NCBI GenBank assembly: GCA_040377305.1
Contig: JBEIPA010000016.1
Coordinates: 53,414 to 117,413, forward strand
DNA: 64,000 nt
Origin: Flavobacteriales bacterium
GTDB taxonomy: Bacteria > Bacteroidota > Bacteroidia > Palsa-965
Direction of reading: 5' to 3'
The first letter of the stretch is position 1. The number at the start of each line of letters is the position of its first letter. The notes beneath the pieces are model-generated. The model searched no databases. It was given only the letters and a program-made list of their open reading frames with translations, and had not been told where the DNA came from. The position numbers and the translations under genes were made by a program. Positions 58,701 through 64,000 of this stretch are shown here, piece after piece.

Positions 58701-58907
58701 ATTGTCGATGGCAAAGTGCTTTACGATTCGCGTGAAGATGAAGTACGTCGCAAGGAAATGGAAGAAGACCGTGCACGCATTACACAGAAAATGATTGCTG
58801 AGAAAAACGACGGTGTACCAACACGACCGGTACAAGTGAAGAAAAAGAAATTGTGGGATTGCGAAGACTTTGAAAAAGATGAGGACTATCTCGATGATAC
58901 TGAATAA
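55788..58907 (+). CDS. Secreted double-domain amidohydrolase family protein
   Basis: Signal peptide; first domain IYPSFIDPYT, second PGIIDEHSH; KFALGEN, INSDD, DADLVIW. Confidence 0.9.
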   Translation: MKHSILSVLGALVFTIANAQVSTFPVNGAPDKRHTVFAFSNARIQVDPETVIEKGTMLVQDGNILAVGAAVIVPKEAVVYDLTGKSIYPSFIDPYTTYGMPAVPRRSWNSNPQYESNRAGAFGWNEALKPEVNASEKFSSSTDQAAELRNCGFGTVMMFAKDGIARGTAGVATLNPEDGDNAALLKAKAAACYSFDKGSSSQEYPSSLMGAIALMRQTYYDADWYRTAKNKTEFNLTLEAWNSNQTLPSIFETSDKWNVLRADKVGDEFNVQYIFKGSGNEYQRMEEMKATNGSFIIPLNFPEPYNLEDPYDAEMVDYADLKHWELAPLNPGAFEKYNIKFALTTTDLKDKKEFLARVRKSIEYGLTPKAALRALTVTPAEMLGIQNEVGSLRAGMVANFIITSGDIFTEGTMLFENWVRGRRYIINDYNLVDLRGTYDLNAPQLAPAGLKIEGEASRLKGFYLPADSAKQPLTVTLSGSLVSISFYSKAKEGVVRLSGNVNPETKFMSGRGQLPDGTWIDWMATQKTPYVPKAKEKDTTAKDLPTLAEVIYPFAAYGQPRGDSTIRTYIRDRNDTDYVSRLRRKYDAILIKNITVWTNSGGADSIVPNADVYIVNNRIVRIDTGEIAPTKGAFALTIDGTGKFLTPGIIDEHSHIAVSGGVNEGTQASSSEVRIGDVVNPDDINIYRQLAGGVVACQQLHGSANPIGGQSSLIKLRWGANAEQMKIANSPGFIKFALGENVKQSNWGDNQQSRFPQTRMGVEQVYYDHFIRAKEYAAQWEAWKKLPAKDKEKATPPRRDLELDALVEILFGTRFITCHSYVQSEINMLMQVSDSMGFHVNTFTHILEGYKVADKMKARGVGASSFSDWWAYKFEVKDAIPYNAAILYRMGIVTAINSDDAEMARRLNQEAAKSIKYGGLTEMQAFSMVTINPAKLLHLDDHMGIVKPGYDADLVIWSGNPTSVYGKVETTIVDGKVLYDSREDEVRRKEMEEDRARITQKMIAEKNDGVPTRPVQVKKKKLWDCEDFEKDEDYLDDTE

Positions 58908-58911
58908 TAAA

Positions 58912-60234
58912 ATGGCGACGAACATGCAAAAGACACTGCTCACATCATTACTGCTGTTGCCACTTCTCGTATTTGGACAGCAACCTGTTCCTGCAAAGAA
59001 GCAATCCAAAAGCATCTTGCTCATGAATGGCATTTGTCACGTTGGTAACGGCACCGTGATTCAGAATTCTGTTGTTGGATTCAAAGACGGTAAAATCACT
59101 CTCGTTGGAGATGCAACAGTAATTCGCATCGATAAATCGGCGTGGGACACAACGATCAACGTTGCAGGCAAACATGTTTACCCCGGATTCATTACTCCAA
59201 ATTCTACTTTGGGTTTGATCGAGTATGAAGCAGTACGTGCCACTGCAGATTTCAATGAAGTCGGATATCTGAACCCACATGTTCGCACGCAAACGGCTTA
59301 CAACTCAGATTCCAGAATTGTTCCTACCGTGCGCACCAATGGTGTATTGATGGCGCAAGTCACTCCACGAGGTGGAAGAATTTCCGGAACGTCAAGCGTA
59401 ATGAATCTTGATGGATGGAACTGGGAAGACGCCACATTAAAAGCCGACGATGGTGTACACATCAACTGGCCCGGATACTACAGTCGTAACTGGTCGGAAA
59501 ATGGTCCGGGACCATACGAGAAAAGCAAACAGTACGCAGAACGTCGCGCTGATCTCGAGAAATTTTTTGCTGAGTCGAGAGCGTATTGCTTGAATCCGAA
59601 ACCTGCTGAAACAAATGTCCGTTTCGAAGCCATGCGTGGTGTGTTCAACGGAACACAGAGTGTATACATTCATGCAGGAAGCGTAAAAGACATGAGCGAA
59701 GCAATTACGTTCACGAAAAAATTCGGGATTACGAAAGTTACTATCGTGGGTGCTGAAGACAGCTACAAGTGTACGGAGCTACTAAAGCAGAACAATGTTT
59801 CGGTTATGCTTGCGCGTGTTCACTCGTTGCCGATGAGCGACGAAGAAGATGTAAATCAGCCTTACAAAACAGCGAAAGTTCTCCATGACGCTGGAATTCT
59901 TTTCTGTTTCGATATGGCCGGAGATCAGGAAGCGACAGGCGCACGGAATCTCCCTTTCCTCGCGGGTACTGCCGTTGCGTACGGACTAGATCCTGAAGTT
60001 GCGATTTCTGCTTTGTCATTCAACACAGCGAAAATTCTCGGCATCAGCGATCTTGTTGGAACAATTGAAGAGAAAAAAGACGCTACTCTATTTGTTTCAG
60101 AAGGAGATGCGCTCGACATGAAAACAAACAAAGTGACCTGGGCTTTTATACAAGGCAAAACAATTCAGCTGATCAACGAGCAACAGGAACTTTACGAGCG
60201 GTATAATAATAAGTACGGTTTACCGGATAAATAG
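58912..60234 (+). CDS. Amidohydrolase family protein (partner of the upstream gene)
   Basis: GKHVYPGFI, RNLPF.AG.AVAYGL, N.AKILG...G.IE..KDATLF. Confidence 0.88.
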   Translation: MATNMQKTLLTSLLLLPLLVFGQQPVPAKKQSKSILLMNGICHVGNGTVIQNSVVGFKDGKITLVGDATVIRIDKSAWDTTINVAGKHVYPGFITPNSTLGLIEYEAVRATADFNEVGYLNPHVRTQTAYNSDSRIVPTVRTNGVLMAQVTPRGGRISGTSSVMNLDGWNWEDATLKADDGVHINWPGYYSRNWSENGPGPYEKSKQYAERRADLEKFFAESRAYCLNPKPAETNVRFEAMRGVFNGTQSVYIHAGSVKDMSEAITFTKKFGITKVTIVGAEDSYKCTELLKQNNVSVMLARVHSLPMSDEEDVNQPYKTAKVLHDAGILFCFDMAGDQEATGARNLPFLAGTAVAYGLDPEVAISALSFNTAKILGISDLVGTIEEKKDATLFVSEGDALDMKTNKVTWAFIQGKTIQLINEQQELYERYNNKYGLPDK

Positions 60235-60245
60235 CTTTTCCGCAG

Positions 60246-60300
60246 AGTCAAAACAAAAAAGGTTCACGAAATAGTATCGTGAACCTTTTTTGTTTTGACT
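60246..60300. terminator. Bidirectional terminator with a perfect 24-bp inverted repeat
   Basis: AGTCAAAACAAAAAAGGTTCACGA / TCGTGAACCTTTTTTGTTTTGACT between convergent genes. Confidence 0.9.
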
Positions 60301-60311
60301 GCACTTATCGG

Positions 60312-61622
60312 TTATACGGCCTTCAGCAAACAGTAATCTGTTTTTCCTTTTTGCAGCAGTACGAATTTCCCATTTAAAAGATAATCGCTATTCACCAGAA
60401 GTTTTGGATCCGTGACTTTCGTTTTGTTGAGCGAAATGCCATTGCCTTTAATCAGTTTAATTGCGTCACCGTTAGATTCTACCATCATCGCCCGCTTAGC
60501 AACTAATTCAACAATCGAAATACCGCTCTGAAGTTCACTTATTGGGACTTCGATACTTGGAACTCCGGTTTGGGTGAACAACGTTGCAAATTGATCGTCG
60601 GCCATCGTTTTAATACGATCGATAGTTTCCTTACCGAAAAGTAGTTCTGTTGCTGAAAGAATTGAAGTAACAACTTCGGCTCCGTGCACACGGGCAGTAA
60701 TGTCTTCCGCAAGTGCTTTCTGAAGAACGCGTAAGTGCTTAGCTTCGTTATGCTGTGCCTCGAGTGCTTCCACTTCCTCTTGTGTCTTCAGTGTGAAAAT
60801 GCGAATGTAAGTTCCTGCATCTTCATCGCCAGCATTCAACCAGAACTGGTAAAATTCGTATGGAGAAGTTCTCTTCGGATCGAGCCAGATATTCCCGCTT
60901 TCGGATTTACCGAATTTCGTTCCATCCGCTTTCTTGATGAGCGGAGTTGTGAGTGCCCACGCTTCTCCTCCATCCTTACGACGAATGAGCTCAGTGCCCG
61001 TGACAATATTTCCCCACTGATCAGATCCACCCATCTGCAACTTCACGCCGTTGTTCTTCCACAAATGGTAGAAGTCGTAACCCTGAACGAGCTGGTAAGT
61101 AAATTCTGTGAATGACATTCCTTCTGCAGCTTCTCCTTCAGCACTGCGTGTGATCCGGTTCTTCACCGAATCTTTCGTCATCATGTAATTTACTGTAATG
61201 TATTTACCGGTGTCGCGAATAAAATCCAGAAAAGTGATATTCTTAAACCAATCGTAATTGTTAACGATAGTTGCAGAATTTGCCCCACTATCGAAATTCA
61301 AAAATCGTTCGAGCTGCTTGCGCTGACTGTTCAGATTGTGGTTGAGAATATCTTCCGACAACAAATTGCGTTCTGCCGATTTGCCCGAAGGATCGCCCAC
61401 CATTCCTGTTGCTCCGCCAACTAACGCAATCGGCTTGTGTCCACACTGCTGAAAATGCAAAAGCGTCATGATCTGCACGAGGTTGCCAACTCCCAAAGAA
61501 TCTGCCGTCGGATCGAATCCGATATAACCCACAACCATCTCTTTGTTGAGTAGTTCTTCGGTTCCGGGCATTACATCCTGGAGCATTCGTCTCCAGCGCA
61601 GTTCTTCGATAAAGCTCTTCAT
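60312..61622 (-). CDS. tyrS: Tyrosine--tRNA ligase
   Basis: YIGFDPTADSL, GGATGMVGDPSG, SFTEFTYQLVQGYDF, QMGGSDQWGNI, KFGKSE, C-terminal S4 domain; start at ATG 61622. Confidence 0.97.
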   Translation of the reverse strand: MKSFIEELRWRRMLQDVMPGTEELLNKEMVVGYIGFDPTADSLGVGNLVQIMTLLHFQQCGHKPIALVGGATGMVGDPSGKSAERNLLSEDILNHNLNSQRKQLERFLNFDSGANSATIVNNYDWFKNITFLDFIRDTGKYITVNYMMTKDSVKNRITRSAEGEAAEGMSFTEFTYQLVQGYDFYHLWKNNGVKLQMGGSDQWGNIVTGTELIRRKDGGEAWALTTPLIKKADGTKFGKSESGNIWLDPKRTSPYEFYQFWLNAGDEDAGTYIRIFTLKTQEEVEALEAQHNEAKHLRVLQKALAEDITARVHGAEVVTSILSATELLFGKETIDRIKTMADDQFATLFTQTGVPSIEVPISELQSGISIVELVAKRAMMVESNGDAIKLIKGNGISLNKTKVTDPKLLVNSDYLLNGKFVLLQKGKTDYCLLKAV

Positions 61623-61640
61623 GCTGCAAAGATATTTAAT

Positions 61641-61716
61641 TAGATGGGAGATTGGAGTTGAGAGACGGGAGTGAAAAACAACAATTCCCCCGACTTCCAT
61701 CTCCAAACTCCTAACT
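61641..61716. repeat. Degenerate inverted heptamer microsatellite between divergent tyrS and epimerase
   Basis: Left arm TAGATGGGAGATTGGAGTTGAGAGACGGGAGTGA resembles 47946-47979; pyrimidine-rich complementary arm follows. Confidence 0.78.
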
Positions 61717-61723
61717 TTGAGGC

Positions 61724-62722
61724 ATGATTTTTCTAACCGGCGCAACCGGAATGATCGGCGCACATATTGCATTTGCATTAACGGCTCAAGGGCATTCTGT
61801 GCGTGCGTTAAAGCGTAAAAGTGCATCGCTTGCCGACATAGAAAAGATCTTCCGTTTCTACTCGACAAGTGCTGACGAATTGTTGCAAAAAATCGAATGG
61901 GTGGAGGGCGATATCCTCGACTTACCGGCACTTGAGGATGCCATGCAGGGTGCGACGTACGTTTATCATTCCGCGGCAATGGTTTCCTTCGATCCGAAAG
62001 AGCGGGATCAAATGATCAAAGTAAATGGTGAGGGAACTGCAAACGTGATCAACGTAGCGATGTTTGTTGGTGTCAGGAAATTCTGTCACGTCAGTTCAGT
62101 TGCTGCATTGGGAAGAACGATTGATCTGAAAAACATCGGTGAAGACACGTGGTGGAAAAATGATCCGGCCAATTCCTGGTACGCAATCAGTAAGTACACA
62201 GCCGAACGTGAAGTGTGGCGTGCAACAGAAGAAGGAATGGATGTGGTGATTGTGAACCCATCTGTCGTAATCGGTCCGGGAAATCCGACGCGCAGCAGTA
62301 ATGCCATTTTTGCTCTGGCGAAAAAAGGATTCTCGTGGTACACCAGTGGCACTGGCGGATTTGTTGACGCACGTGATGTTGCTGATGCAGCGATCAAACT
62401 CATGAACAGTTCTGTGGTAAACGAACGCTTTGTTCTGAACGCAAAAAACATGTCGTACCGTGTTTTCGCTGATAAAATTCTCGCACGTTTTGGTCACAAA
62501 CCGACGTCGAAGGAAGTAGGAGCATTTCTCACCTGGCTGATGTGGAGGGGTGAAAAGCTGAAATGTTTTTTCACCGGCACATCTCCAAGAATTACAAAGG
62601 AAAGTGCTGCAGCTGCGCGTGAATCGGCAAGTTATACCGGTAGCAGAATCACAGAGGCAATCGATTTCAAATACCGGGAGATTGACACAACGTTAGACGA
62701 TGTGTGTGCCTATTACAAGTAG
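61724..62722 (+). CDS. NAD-dependent epimerase/dehydratase (extended SDR)
   Basis: TGATGMIG, HVSSVAALG, YAISK, VNPSVVIGPG. Confidence 0.92.
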   Translation: MIFLTGATGMIGAHIAFALTAQGHSVRALKRKSASLADIEKIFRFYSTSADELLQKIEWVEGDILDLPALEDAMQGATYVYHSAAMVSFDPKERDQMIKVNGEGTANVINVAMFVGVRKFCHVSSVAALGRTIDLKNIGEDTWWKNDPANSWYAISKYTAEREVWRATEEGMDVVIVNPSVVIGPGNPTRSSNAIFALAKKGFSWYTSGTGGFVDARDVADAAIKLMNSSVVNERFVLNAKNMSYRVFADKILARFGHKPTSKEVGAFLTWLMWRGEKLKCFFTGTSPRITKESAAAARESASYTGSRITEAIDFKYREIDTTLDDVCAYYK

Positions 62723-62724
62723 AC

Positions 62725-63177
62725 TTACTTCACCGAATCAGCAACCGTAGGCTGAATGCCTCCTCCTGCTTGCTCAGAAGCCTGACGACGGACGAGTTCG
62801 TTGATTACTTCATCGTACATCTGTCCGTACAAAACTGCATCAGTCATATACCACTGCAAACTCGTTTCGTATTGTGCACGGGTAACACCATGCTTCGCAA
62901 AAATATCGTAGTAAGGCAGCGTTTTCTGATCCGTAGGTAGTGCAATCGGAGTCTGAGGATTCTGCGGAGAAATCGTGAATGGTTGTCGCACCGGAACCTG
63001 TGGCGAACGATATTGCAAAGCAGCTTCCAACAAATGAACATCTGCAAGAATCGGGATCATCTTGTCCTGTGCTATGAGATCAATTGGCTGCTCCATGAGC
63101 ACCACTTTTGCTTCCTCTTTGCCTCCGCAAGAAGAAATTAGAAGCACTAATGTGAACAACACCGTGTAAAATCTCAT
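62725..63177 (-). CDS. DUF4296 domain lipoprotein
   Basis: Lipobox ISSC, P.DLI..DKM..IL.DVHL.EA, IF.KHGVT...Y..SL..Y. Confidence 0.82.
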   Translation of the reverse strand: MRFYTVLFTLVLLISSCGGKEEAKVVLMEQPIDLIAQDKMIPILADVHLLEAALQYRSPQVPVRQPFTISPQNPQTPIALPTDQKTLPYYDIFAKHGVTRAQYETSLQWYMTDAVLYGQMYDEVINELVRRQASEQAGGGIQPTVADSVK

Positions 63178-63244
63178 AAAGCAAAGGTAAACATATAGGA
63201 CGTGGCTGAAAAAAAACGATATTTTTGTTTAAACACTCTTTAAC

Positions 63245-64000
63245 ATGAAGCATTTCCTCACAGCACTTTTGCTGAGTTGCAGCGTTGCACTCAGTGCACA
63301 AATCGATATGGGCGTTCCGGCTGCTGCGGGCAAAGGGGGAACGGCTACAGCTATGATCGGAAATTACGAAGCGATTGGTATCAATCCTTCGAACCTCGGT
63401 TGGAGAGACAACTACAAGTTCTCTGTTACCGCTGCCAACGTAGGACTTTCTGCTCAGTCGCGCGCAATCGATTTCCCAACACTGAAAAATGCGTTTCTTC
63501 ACCCCCAGGATACGTTTACCCAGGCACAGAAGGATGACTATGCAAATCGTTTTGCCACTCCGGACGGATTCAACTTCAACGCAAACGTAAATTGGTTCGC
63601 GGCATCTATTTACTTTCCGAAGTTCGGTGGACTCGCTATCAATGTTCGCGATCGTGCATTCGCTCACGTTACATTGAGTCCGACTACTGCCGATATCATG
63701 TTCAATGGCGTTAATGCGCCACAATACCAGGATTCATCTTACTACAATCAGGCGATGTCGCAGTTTCTCGATGGAACACGACTCACCCTTTTGCACTATC
63801 GTGAATTCAACGTGGCATACGGAAGAAAGCTCTTTGGTTTCGGAACGAAAGAGGACGACGGCACACAACCCATCGAATTTTTTGGTGGAGTCGGCTTCAA
63901 ACTGATTTGGGGACTTGGTAACATTGATGTCAAGATTGATGATGGTGTTCTCGTTGGTCATAGCTCCATGACAACAAAATATGAGATTGATTATGGCGAC
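63245..64000 (+). CDS. DUF5723/FadL-like outer-membrane protein, 5' part; runs off the window
   Basis: Not in the ORF track. Manual translation gives MKHFLTALLLSCSVALSAQIDMGVPAAAGKGGTATAMIGNYEAIGINPSNLGW; the frame appears open to the window end. Confidence 0.75.
   Translation, partial: MKHFLTALLLSCSVALSAQIDMGVPAAAGKGGTATAMIGNYEAIGINPSNLGWRDNYKFSVTAANVGLSAQSRAIDFPTLKNAFLHPQDTFTQAQKDDYANRFATPDGFNFNANVNWFAASIYFPKFGGLAINVRDRAFAHVTLSPTTADIMFNGVNAPQYQDSSYYNQAMSQFLDGTRLTLLHYREFNVAYGRKLFGFGTKEDDGTQPIEFFGGVGFKLIWGLGNIDVKIDDGVLVGHSSMTTKYEIDYGD

Noticed and set aside
60246-60300. 24-bp perfect inverted repeat as a mobile element
   Set aside because: Its position between convergent genes and A/T-tract flanks are fully explained by a bidirectional terminator
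61623-61979. 119-aa N-terminal extension of TyrRS in the ORF track
   Set aside because: It overlaps the divergent epimerase gene and the repeat; the true start MKSFIEEL at 61622 has its own promoter box

Overview
A Bacteroidota chromosomal window, supported by recurrent TAnnTTTG -7 promoter boxes, type IX secretion (T9SS) substrates and a PorP/SprF gene. It mixes housekeeping genes (sucA-sucB, kdsB, hemJ, rbfA, tatD, ansA, dusB, hflX, tyrS, MsbA-like and LolC/E-like transporters, an L,D-transpeptidase, tRNA-Ser(GGA)) with nine predicted T9SS cargo proteins and a type-B cargo/PorP/PorE-like operon. I see no integrase, transposase, reverse transcriptase, cas gene, CRISPR array or recognisable defence system, so I cannot claim a new multi-gene system. 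The unexplained signal is mostly non-coding. Two ~200-bp nested palindromes bracket a small ferredoxin gene. Inverted repeats built from microsatellite units sit between divergent promoters. A ~117-bp structured tandem duplication and an 18-bp tRNA 3'-end duplication flank tRNA-Ser. Six genes have the promoter box exactly 4 nt before the ATG and are probably leaderless. Protein-level oddities are a TyrRS whose HIGH motif reads GVGN, an ORF6N gene interrupted near its 5' end, and a stand-alone receiver domain with phased boxes upstream. All family assignments come from motif recognition by eye; no searches were run.
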